The notes beneath the pieces were generated by a model. That model was not told the origin of the DNA. It saw nothing but the letters and a program-made list of their open reading frames with translations, and did not search any database. DNA of 61,439 bases, the filler included, from Choristocarpus tenellus KU-1152 (lineage: Eukaryota > Protista > Phaeophyceae), in the NCBI GenBank assembly GCA_964200185.2. It is 9 parts of 9 records of this genome, joined end to end, with 100 filler letters (N's around TTAATTAATTAA, not from the genome) between each part and the next. Parts side by side here need not be neighbours in the genome. Positions count along the whole stretch, not along the records: positions 49,399 to 54,410 come from CAXNAD020012171.1; positions 54,511 to 57,156 come from CAXNAD020026000.1; positions 57,257 to 61,439 come from CAXNAD020015805.1; 6 more parts are not named here. One strand, given 5' to 3'. Shown piece after piece: positions 51,399-61,439 of the stretch (within the stretch, counting starts at the first letter, position 1; every line of letters begins with the position of its first letter). The position numbers were made by a program, and so were the translations under genes.

Positions 51399-51700
51399 GA
51401 TCTACAGAAGGATATTTATCACCTCTGTCACTGGGGTAGAAAAGATGTAAGTCCATTCAAGATGCACACTAAAGGGACCATGTACGCCCAAGCCGAGGCC
51501 ATGCCGGCACTTGTCTAGGACAGAATATCTGGAGTGATTGAGTGGGCACAGATCAACAGTAGGATCTGTGTTGTCTCTGCTACTGTGGTAGAAAAGGTGT
51601 TGAGTCCACTCAGGATGTACATCAGAGGGGGCATGTGCGGCCAAGCTGAGGCCATGCTGACGGTTGTCTAGGAAAGAATATCAGGAGTGCTTGGAGAGGG
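51399..51700 (+). repeat. Two diverged tandem copies of a ~152-bp unit
   Basis: ggtagaaaag..ccaagc.gaggccatgc..ttgtctagga.agaatatc.ggagtg occurs twice at 152-bp spacing. Confidence 0.8.
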
Positions 51701-51949
51701 GAATCCATACAGCTATCTTTACACGAAACACCTCTACCATCAAGTCCTGTGGCATTAAGGTACTTTCCAAGGGGAACGAGTTCGCTTTGGACATGAGCGA
51801 GGGAGTGAGATTGCTTGGAGGACATGTTTTTTGTGAGATCAGGCAACGGAAAACCTAACATACTACCCTTGAAACGTACTGATTCAAAAGTTCAACATTC
51901 CCTCCCGAATAGACCTACTCCATGAGGTGTAAGAAGTCCAGAATATCAG

Positions 51950-52890
51950 TTCCATGGAATCCTCAGCATTGGCAATGCCCTGGCAACATTCCAAGACCAC
52001 ATCGTGGTTTTGCCTGAATTCCTATCTAACAGTGGCAGGGGAGATATTTACCTTGTCCGCATTACCCATCAAATACCTCAACGATGTCGTCTGGAGAGGA
52101 AGCAAACGTGATACACCACTGCTGTATCGAACTGAGAAAGGTATAAAAATGATACACAGGCTGGAGGCAAGCCCTCAACAATCTGCCGGTAGACGTTGTC
52201 TACATCACTGTTTGCTTGCTTGGTGTAATGAGCACAGAGGTAAAGTAAGTTAGAGATGAAGAGAAGAAGGTGATCAAGAAGGTAGAACATTGATGTTGTG
52301 TTGACGAGATGGTGCTCAGGAAGCAAATAAAATATGGCATAATATTCGCACTGGCAACCCAAGATGGGAGGATTACAAGGAGGGCACCGTATGAAATGAC
52401 ATGCCTTTTGCACAGGTTCCGATTCGACACCTTTTTGGATGAAGACTGGCCAACCCTTCTGCATGACGCAGAGGAACAAGGGCGGGTTACTTCTTCATTG
52501 GCTCTAGTCTGCTCCTGGAGCCAGTGAGGCCAAGGGATCAACGAACGCATCTCCATACAACCTTTAGAAACACCAAGCCAGGATTCCTCCTATGGAGTTC
52601 GGACTCGCCTCCACCTGACCTCTAGAGAGGGAGGAGACCTAATCCGAAAAGCTGCCGAGTGGTCGGGTGCAGGAGGCACATATTGAAATCCAATGTACCC
52701 CAACCTGTCCTAGGGTGATAGGACAAGTACGCCAGCAAGACATGCCTGCGGTCAAAACCCTTGGCCAACTCTGTAGGGGAATGGGCGTCTCTTGCGACAT
52801 GGGAGATAGCAGCCCGTTTGCACTCGACAAGAACTTCAAATACTTTGGAATTAGTAAATATTTTATGGGGGTGTCTTACCGTTGACAATA
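51950..52890 (+). mobile_element. Decayed CRE-like non-LTR retrotransposon, pre-RT region
   Basis: LLHRFRFDTFLDEDWPTLLHDA resembles the R...F..G.W..LL block upstream of CRE-clade RTs; many stops. Confidence 0.35.
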
Positions 52891-53634
52891 ACTGCTGCAC
52901 TTAGTGTGAATAATCATTGCAACATGGTTTTCCCCCACACATGTACAAAATATCACACAACGTAATCATACAAAATATGAAGTATGTTTAGTTTGTTTCC
53001 ATAGTGTATATATATTACCATACCATACACAGTCGCACTGCTTGATGTTATCTCCAAGAAACCCTTGTGAAGAACCATGGTTCTCCAAAGGGGAGGGTCA
53101 TTCGGAGAGCAGTCAATCACTCCTGGCGTCAAATAGAAAATTATGGTCTAAGGAAGGTGTCTTAGCATTGATGATAGCTACAATTGCTGAACTACTATAG
53201 TGCTTATACTGTAGCTTTGGATTTTCCTTGACACACGTGCAAAATATCAGAGGGTGAAAAAATATGTCATTGAGGGATGTATGAATGGTGAATGACAGCG
53301 CATTGATGTAAGTTCATACAAAGACTATTCAAGAAATTGTCTTGAAGAATGACTAGGGGTTTTAACATAATCGTATGAAGTAGAGGGTTCCACAATGCTA
53401 GGGGTTGCACAATGGATAGCATGAGTGGGGAATACTCTGGTGAGCAATGGCGCAATGGTGTGAGTTCATGTACTGCTTATTAAAGAAACTGTCTTGAAGA
53501 ATGTGTGAACATCCTAGAATAACTTGCCGTACATTACTCAAATTGGGGAGGGTGACTTGTATCACATCTGGTGAGTGATGATGTGATTTACAAGTGGTGA
53601 ATTTGATAAGTACACAAGGGATTGTGCAACCAAA

Positions 53635-53893
53635 GAACGAAAGTATCTTAGAGGGTAGAGCCGCGCCCATTTGGGGACCACAATCCAATGTTGCGATTTT
53701 GATGTAATTTTGACTATCGTGTTTCTTAGGAAGTGTCAATATCCTTGTTCCAGACACACCATTCCACAATGTATACATATTACCTACGCTGAAATACGTC
53801 CGAGTAGGAAAAATGTCATGAAAAAAACATGGGAAGTCAAGACCCAAATGGACAAACAGGTTAAAATTCGTACCCTCTTAGATACTTTCACTC
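53635..53893 (-). mobile_element. MITE family A
   Basis: TIRs with aaa/aaa flanks. Confidence 0.92.
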
Positions 53894-54510
53894 AAACGAA
53901 CCTGTGACAAAACCCTCTCTTGTATACTGCACCCCAACAAACTAACAAAAAAATGCTAAATATGACAAGAAAAAAGGCTCTTAACTCAAACCAATGTCCA
54001 AAGCGCATCGCCCTTTCTCAGCGAATTTCTTGCTCAAAGATCATTCATACACCAGAGAAGTCTGGCAGTTGAACAAGAGCAACCATCGTATTGCTGCTGC
54101 ACTTCTCCTTCCTTCTATTTTCCATGTCTCTCAAAGAGAAATTTGGACAATCAACTTCCCCAGACTGCACGATTGCTTTCCCTCATTGCCCAGGTCATTT
54201 TGTGCCTCTTCACTGGCCTGTCATGGGTGTGAGTGTGGATGATATCAAGGATAAAGCGACAGCCATAGCCGGCAGATGTCAGTCAGGTGTGTGCGCCAGT
54301 CACCCAGCAGCGAGCTACTTGGAAGAATGTGCGACTAAGAGCAAGGTCCTCCTATAGCGTTGAGCAAGATACCACTGGATTTCATATGTACCAGAATTTA
54401 TTGCTGTTGCNNNNNNNNNNNNNNNNNNNNNNNNNNNNNNNNNNNNNNNNNNNNTTAATTAATTAANNNNNNNNNNNNNNNNNNNNNNNNNNNNNNNNNN
54501 NNNNNNNNNN

Positions 54511-54559
54511 TTTTGGCCCCCAATTGGACGCGGCTCTACCCTCTAAGATACTTTGACTC
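54511..54559 (+). mobile_element. MITE family A terminus at contig start
   Basis: ..ggacgcggctctaccctctaagatactttgactc. Confidence 0.88.
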
Positions 54560-55087
54560 TATGTGTTTCATAGGTGGTGATGTACTAACTAGGTATGGTG
54601 GATACAGTCTATCAATCGAGGTGTCAAACGTACCTATGACCATCTAGAGTGAAACGATGTGCAGGTCAGCATACAGGAGATGTGGATACTCACATACTAA
54701 GGGAAATCTTAATAGGGGACGGATCAAAAGTTGTCGCTGGGTAATGATACTGTACTGTACCTATGTGTTGCGGAGAGAGTAGCCTATATGTTTCAACACA
54801 GGGCGACCCTCCCTTGTCATCCAAGCAACATGTATGGAGAGGGGGTTGCGGCAGGATACACTACTACTGTATCGGGTATATGTAGGCAAGATTTCGATAA
54901 GACATCTTGACTTCAACGTAAGCTCCCTCACGTGCAAAGACGTAAGGAGTCATCCATCCCATGCTCCCTCCTTTCCTCCTCTATCCAACATGCAATGCTG
55001 AGAGGTCCAGACCGTTTTAGAGGGGTCTATTTATGTACGCCCCTGAACGGTCCACGCGAACATCGCTGACCTTCCCCTGTACGATAG

Positions 55088-55346
55088 GAGTGAAAGTATC
55101 TTAGAGGGTACGAGTGTTTCCCTGTTTGTCCATTTGGGGCTTGGCCTCCCACGGGTTTTTAATGACATTTTATCTACTCCAAAATGTTTTGGAGTAGATA
55201 AAATATGTATGTCATGAAGCGGTGTGTCCAGAACAAAGATATTGACACTTCCTAACAAACACCATAGCCAAAATTACATCAAAATCGCAACACTGGATTT
55301 TGGCCCCCAAAAGGACGCGGCTCTACCCTCTAAGATACTTTGACTC
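55088..55346 (+). mobile_element. MITE family A
   Basis: TIRs present; flanks read atag/atag (4 bp). Confidence 0.93.
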
Positions 55347-55989
55347 ATAGACCCTCCACTCACGCATATGATGAAGCTGGTTCCTCAACCGAACCTGGCG
55401 TCGGATGTGCCCCCAAGTCTGAGTTGCCTTGAAGAGCGAGCACAGCTGGTATCGCACCAAGGGATTACCGGTTGGATTCTGAGGTGAACCTCTGGTACTA
55501 ATCAGGCAAGATCGTGAATGTGTTGTCCAGGTGGTTGTGGTGGATGTCTGTGAAGTCTGGGATGATGGTAGCCTGAAGGGGCACAACGTGGGGACCCGGT
55601 TGTGCGTCCTGCATCAACACAAAGATGTTTGTTGCAGGGGTTGTGCTGGTGTGTTGGACTATTAGCATGTGTTTGCGAGTGATGGCTTTGTTTAGTTGTA
55701 TAGGGGTGTTCTTTGTTTTGGTTCTGAGGAATGGAGAGTTTTATGTGGGATAGAGGATACACTTAGACAGCGAAATGAAGGAATGGGATACGCTTATTTG
55801 CCCTACGGAACTTGTAAAATATTCTGTGAACGTTGACAATAGCGGTTGTAGAGTAGGAGAAGAAAATGACACTGCTTTGGATGCCAGGGTTGGACGTTAT
55901 GGGAGGATTTTATTTGGGTATGAGGGGATATCAGGGGATATGCAATATCTGTATACAGACAGTGTGGATTCATTCGTGTGGAGCATTGT

Positions 55990-56720
55990 CCTCTTAGAAA
56001 CAACAAGAAGAGCTTCTTACCTTGTCCGTCCGTGACATGCGAATAGTTGGCACTCCATCAACAAAGCTAGCACTCATCACTTCGAAGTCTTCAGTGACAA
56101 AGACCACCTCATCTCCAGCACTGAAAATCCCTCCGTAGCTGGAGTGGTGCCTGGCGTTCCATTGAATCGTGTCCTTGCGGTGAACGGCAAGAACTCTATA
56201 CCATTGTACTCCGATGGCTGTGTCCGCACAATGCATTTGTTCCCCTCAGCGAGCTGCCTCTTCTTTGTCGACAGTTGGCTTCTCACATACATATCGCCCG
56301 TTCCTGTTTCCGTTAAAATCCGAGGCCTATCACTTTAAGCAGGGGCGCGTGGGTTAGTTGCCACCTGCATTGGGCCAGGTTGCCGATGGAACAGTTCGTG
56401 CAGTAGCACGACAGTTCAGTATATCAATGTATGGGAGTCTCCGGTGGTGAGCTGATCAGTGAAGAACCTGTGCATGGACCTTACGCCACCAAGGTTTGGG
56501 ACACGTGGTGTTGTCCCGCGCAGTTGATCTTGTAAGCCGGAAAGTGGACTATCTCCTGTGTTTGGAACGTGTCGATGTATAGAATTTTCATAGACGTGTT
56601 ACTGTGTGGTCTGCCGTCCCTATCCGTCCAATCCTTAGGGGTGTGGAGATTGTGCGTATACGGGGAGGGGTGGTACGTGTTGGAGTCAGTGTTGGTACAG
56701 AGGTGGGGTCCTGTCACCGA
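55990..56720 (-). pseudogene. Possible DNA transposase C-terminal remnant
   Basis: Joined frames give LGGVRSMHRF..TLIY.ELSCYCTNC..G...QC, similar to the G.R..H...LSCxCxxC..G...C tail seen in some eukaryotic DDE transposases. Confidence 0.35.
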
Positions 56721-57564
56721 TTCGATGTTATGACCTTTTCTTTGGGATCATATGTGCTACCTATTCCTGGGACAAGTGTCTGGTAAATGACAGATGATAA
56801 TATGGGGAGGAAAACAATAACTTTGAGTTTTGGGTTAGTGTGATGCTTGGCAGACTTCTGAAAAATAGAGGGCAAGATGATTGTAAGTGTGCACGAACGG
56901 TCTGCGGTCGATTGAGAAGTGCGTATGTGCGGTTATCATGTCACGCGTGGTGTCGACGTGAAGGGAAGGCACGGATGTGACATAATGGATCAACGATATC
57001 TATTGCGTGATTAGTGCATGGGTTAGCAAGGGGCGGGAGCGGGCAGCCTGTCGCCAGTGGCAAACAGGGGCCGATTATTGTGAGTGGGGGGAATCAGGCT
57101 CAAAGAATCTGGGGGGGGGTGGCGGCTGTCTATTTGGGGCCAATTTTTCATGTCATNNNNNNNNNNNNNNNNNNNNNNNNNNNNNNNNNNNNNNNNNNNN
57201 TTAATTAATTAANNNNNNNNNNNNNNNNNNNNNNNNNNNNNNNNNNNNNNNNNNNNGCTAATAGCGGGAATAGCCAACCGTTGCCTTCAACTCCGGGCAA
57301 GATCTTGGTCAATCTGTAACTCGTTCCCGCCTCCAACACGTGTCACTTTCGCAACCTACAGACGGGCTGGCGTCCTCGAAAATGACTTCTTTCAAACTAT
57401 TTCGCCCCGCAAGCCACCTCCACTAGACGCGTTCACCATGTCAACTGCATCGTTTGCTCTGTTCGATTGACATGCTATCGTTCTTCCATTACACTCTCCC
57501 ATTTTTTACGTCACCATCACCCACTCCTCTCCTCAACAACGTCCTCCGCCGTGTCCTCCACCAG

Positions 57565-60500
57565 ATTCTCGAGAAGGACTCGACGCTACGCGCTTACCTC
57601 ACCACCTGGGATGGGAAATACCAGGATGTTCTCAACCAGGTCAACCTCCATCAGGTTCGCAGCAGACGGGGGCGGTGATGGCGGCGGCGCAGACGTTGAG
57701 AGCAACAACGGATCGGCATCAGATGGCTTTGAGAAAGAAGATGAGGGAGGGTGCGAACACAAAGGAGGGGATGAAGACGAGGGAGGGGACGGACTGCCGG
57801 GCAGGGAGGATACGGACGAGGGGGGTTCTGTCGACAGCGTTCCTGCTGCAGAAGAAGAACAAAACGGCCATGGAGGGTGGAATGCGGGCGTTTGCTGTAC
57901 TGAATGCAATCCTCCACCTACGGCTTGGTGGGTAATGTAGTTATAATGGTGCACAGGTGGATGGCAGGTAATTAATGGCGTAAGATAGGTTTTCATTCAA
58001 TCGCCCGAACGGCTAACTAAGTTGTCTTGCTTCAGCAATGCACATCACCACACCGGTGGATCTCGCGGGATCCCTCTGTGTGTGGTACTGCGGTCGCTAC
58101 CCCCAGGTCTTTTTGTTTGCCACAGCCCGAGTGCGTTAGTGCATATCGCAACCCACTGTTGTCTCTCACCTGTACTTCGTATTGTTTTGTGCCGCCAATT
58201 TCGTGGTCCTTCGTAGCGGTGGATCCCTGCGTTGCGTTATTGCGCCCAATTAATGATTTGGAAATATGCTGTTTTGTCTGTTTGACGCCCTCATTCGATG
58301 CCACGTGCGGCAGGTATTCCTGCCCAAAGTGCTCCATCACGCACATGGGCGAATGTGCCAATGTGGAGGTTGTGGGCGACGAGAGGCACAAGGATCGATT
58401 GTGTATCAATTTCCCTGTGGCACAGGAGGGCAGTGAAGGGACTGGACCGATGGGGAACGCAGCAGCGGGTCGGGGCAGGGGCAAGGGTAAGGGTAAACGT
58501 AACGCAAGGAGCGCGGGCGGGTCACCCAGCAGGCAAAGCCTTTTACGTCCCCCCTCACGCAACGAAACGGCGGACATGGAGAAGTGCATGTGGGTCTCGG
58601 TGTGGTTGCACATTATACGGACATACAAGTCATCTCTGCGTGTTCGGTTTGGTGTTGGTTTGCACGTGGGTCTTGGCTGGTTGTACATCATGTGGATTGC
58701 TCGTCCTTTATGTGTTCGGTATGGCGTTTTTTTGGAGGTTTCCATGGGCCATGGAACTTACCTGTTTGACGTCTCCCCTCCTTCCACGAGATGTATCTGA
58801 TGGGTCTGGCGTTGTGGAGGGTACGGCTTAACATTTTGGGGATGCTGGGAAAATATTATCAGGTCCTCACTTATTGATACAATTGCCTGCACCGTTGTTT
58901 ACGATGCTGTCCTTTTCGCCGTGTTGTCTGTGTACTGTGTCATGTGTCATGATGTCCAACCAGGGCTGAGAACACTGCAGTACACGACCTTTGCCCTCTC
59001 GACCTGACATTACTCTTAGACGGCCTGAAAGACTTCGCCTTCCGCAACGTGCCAAAGCTCGCCATAGTGTCCATCGCCGTCGAGCCAAGACTCCTCAACG
59101 ACGAAGAGGTGGCCAACACCCACTTGTGGCAGGTGATGATGTACTTGCAGGTGAAGATACATCCTCAGAGCACTGCAACAAGCAAGTCACTGTTGATGAC
59201 ACCTTTGGCCACGGGAGTGATCGATCTCCTCCGGTGCTCCAAACCATGTGTGACGTCGAGTACCAAGGTGCTGCAACGGACATCCCCATGAGGGGCCTGC
59301 ACTTCCACGTTAACAGGTTCGTTAATTACGTCACACACACCCTTCTTCACAGGAGCAACGACTTTTTTCGTATAGGTGCAGATATCGTTAAACAGTATCG
59401 CAACAAGCTGGGTGACGGTTCAGGGGTGTCAAACCGTACCATGAGTGTGTTTCCCTGAATCAGTACGTTACTCGTACTTTGCCATATGATGAATCCGCGC
59501 GCAATACAATGTACTCCTTGGTATAATTTTCGACTCGCCCTCCTATTATAGGTACACGAATCCTGGGGACACCGTCGTCTCCTTCAGCGCAGAGAGGCAC
59601 AACGTGACGGAGGCGGCCCTCGAATGGAGCAGGAGGGTGGAGGTGTTCGTGTCCCACGCGGGATCAAAGGACGATGTGAAAGAGAAGATGGAGACCTCCT
59701 TCGGTCGAGCCTACAAGGACGGCAAGTGGAAGGTAATAAGGGTGTCCTGACGTTTTTCCATTTCTTTCCAACTTCTTGTCTGTCTTCGTTTGCTATGGAT
59801 AGGTGTCGGGCGTGCAGCTGTGGTAGTGATGTTTCCTTGTCCATGTTTACACGTTGCTAACACGGTGCACGTGGTGACCCAACCACAAACGGAAATCGCG
59901 AGACCCCACTACTTTGTGTGTGAGTGTCGGTACGTCGTAATGTCTTCCTTCCCCACATGAAAAAACAAACGTGCTGAGGTACACCTCAAGATATTGAACC
60001 AACGCCGCAATAACCCCTACGTACGGGATGTAACCTTATCGCATGGCAAACACTTGAATGCCACATGGTTGGGCTGTCACATGTACGCACATGATGTTGC
60101 AGGTATCCACGTCTCTCATTCAAGAACGCGTGATAGGTCCTTCCTGTCTGCCGGAAGCCTTGGGGCAGACCCTCGTCCCAATTGAGACGCAGCGATGTTT
60201 TGCTGAGGCCGTCAATCCCCAGGGAAAGGCAATGGGACGCGATGAGGCGACCGTTTTCGTTGCGAAGACGGTGGCGACGGACTTCGGCTACCAGATCGAG
60301 GTGAATCTGGCATAGAATGCACTTCTTCGTAACATATCTGTCAAGAACAAACCGCAGATTCACACTCTTGGCACGCAGTAGACACGTTTTTTTTCTTCCC
60401 AAGTCCGAACCTATCTAATGCGGCACCCAAATACGTCGCGTAGAAGACTATGGGCCTTGCGGATATGTGTTGGATCCGTTGTGTGTTCAACGTTTGCCAC

Positions 60501-61378
60501 AATAAGGTTGCCGTTTTTGCACCACTTTTGGTTGCGCACCTCCAAATCACATCCATTCATAAATGACCGAACTCTAGCCCCCCCCCCCAACACCCCTCCA
60601 CCCCCCCCAACCCCACCGCCGTCTTTGTCTTCCGTAATGCTCAGTCACGTGGAAGCTCGTCCTCGAATCCCGCTGAGATGGCCTTATTTCCGCTTGACGG
60701 GAAAGACTACAAAGTCGGCGGAAATGACCTCCCTGCATGGGGTGATCTCCAAGTGTACAACTCTCGATCAGAGGCCTTCCGTTCGATCTCTCTTGACGAC
60801 CAAGAAGAACAATGTATTCGGATGCTTCATGTGACCAACAATAACCAGCTCAAACGCATGCTTTCGCCTGGAACGGAGGTGTGTGGGCCAGGCACAGAGC
60901 TCTACTTGCGCGTGGTAGCCACTTGCCCTCTGTACTACATGCATTGGACCGAGAAGGCAGACAACGCCAACATTGAATTCACGTCAAAAGTTCCGCAGAG
61001 CGGAAGCCGTGATAAGGTCCTCCTCCCCTTCTCCCAAGTTGGCCCCAGGCAGATGTTCGTCACGCCCGTAGTCGGCAGGGAGTGCAAACCCCAGGCAAAG
61101 AATGACACAAGATCACCGTTCAACGTGCTCCCGGGTCTTACGGTAGTCCGTTCTCGTGGGTTCGAAGTGCGGGATTTGGACTCGGACTTGACGCCAATCA
61201 CCACTAGAAAGCGCAATCGTTCCTCTTCCCGCACGGGTAGAAAGGGGAAAGGTCGAAAGGTGCGGAGGGGTGCCGGTGTTTCTACGCCAGAAGACGAGCC
61301 GGAGTATGTCAGCGACGCAGAGGAGGATGAGGAGGAAGAAGAGGAGGATGAAGAGGAGGATGAAGGGGATGACAAAGA
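57565..61378 (+). pseudogene. Spliced multidomain gene, partly decayed: Cys/His fingers (PHD-like), degenerate N6A/N4C DNA-methyltransferase-like segment, degenerate SET-like domain, basic/acidic tail. Exons about 57565-57931, 58036-58084, 58217-~58583, 58964-59316, 59552-59732, 60103-60300, 60645->61378
   Basis: Phase-consistent GT-AG introns at 57932-58035, 58085-58216, 59317-59551, 59733-60102 and 60301-60644. The last exon is an open frame of more than 240 codons, absent from the ORF track because it has no stop in the window. Apparent frameshifts near 57655 and 59150; a MITE is inserted at 61379. Confidence 0.6.
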
Positions 61379-61439
61379 GAGTGAAACTATCTTAGAGGGT
61401 ACGAATTTTTCCCTGTTTGTCCATTTGTGGGGCTTGGCT
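61379..61439 (+). mobile_element. MITE family A terminus inserted in a coding exon, cut by the window end
   Basis: gagtgaaactatcttagagggtacgaa..ccctgtttgtccattt. Confidence 0.88.

Noticed and set aside
3432-57256. Recurring TTAATTAATTAA palindrome, and gene neighbourhoods across it
   Set aside because: Artificial concatenation linker; cross-contig synteny (for example transposase remnant next to the MTase-SET gene) cannot be used.

Overview
Intron-rich eukaryotic nuclear DNA, most likely from a brown alga or a close photosynthetic stramenopile. The clues are an ASAFAP-type bipartite plastid signal, a type III metacaspase and EsV-1-7 repeats. The window is not one locus. It is 9 short contigs joined by artificial 100-bp spacers (N44-TTAATTAATTAA-N44), so adjacency across spacers has no biological meaning. 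Host genes: the last exon of a DUF4336 gene, an intronless PPR gene, a 5-exon plastid-targeted cyanobacterial-type PH-domain (bPH_2) gene, and a 10-exon type III metacaspase whose catalytic Cys position is Ser (DCSHSG). Mobile and repeated DNA: an internally deleted Copia element with about 98% identical LTRs, a decayed DD39D/plant-type mariner, CRE-like non-LTR remnants, 12 copies of a ~258-bp MITE, a related second MITE family, and a 15-unit ~118-bp diverged tandem array. The best novelty candidate is a spliced, decaying gene at 57.5-61.4 kb, largely missed by the ORF track. It appears to join PHD-like Zn fingers, a degenerate prokaryote-type N6A/N4C DNA methyltransferase segment and a degenerate SET-like domain. 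A possible second SET-like relative lies at 35.6-37.3 kb. All domain calls are by-eye motif recognition; no database searches were run.
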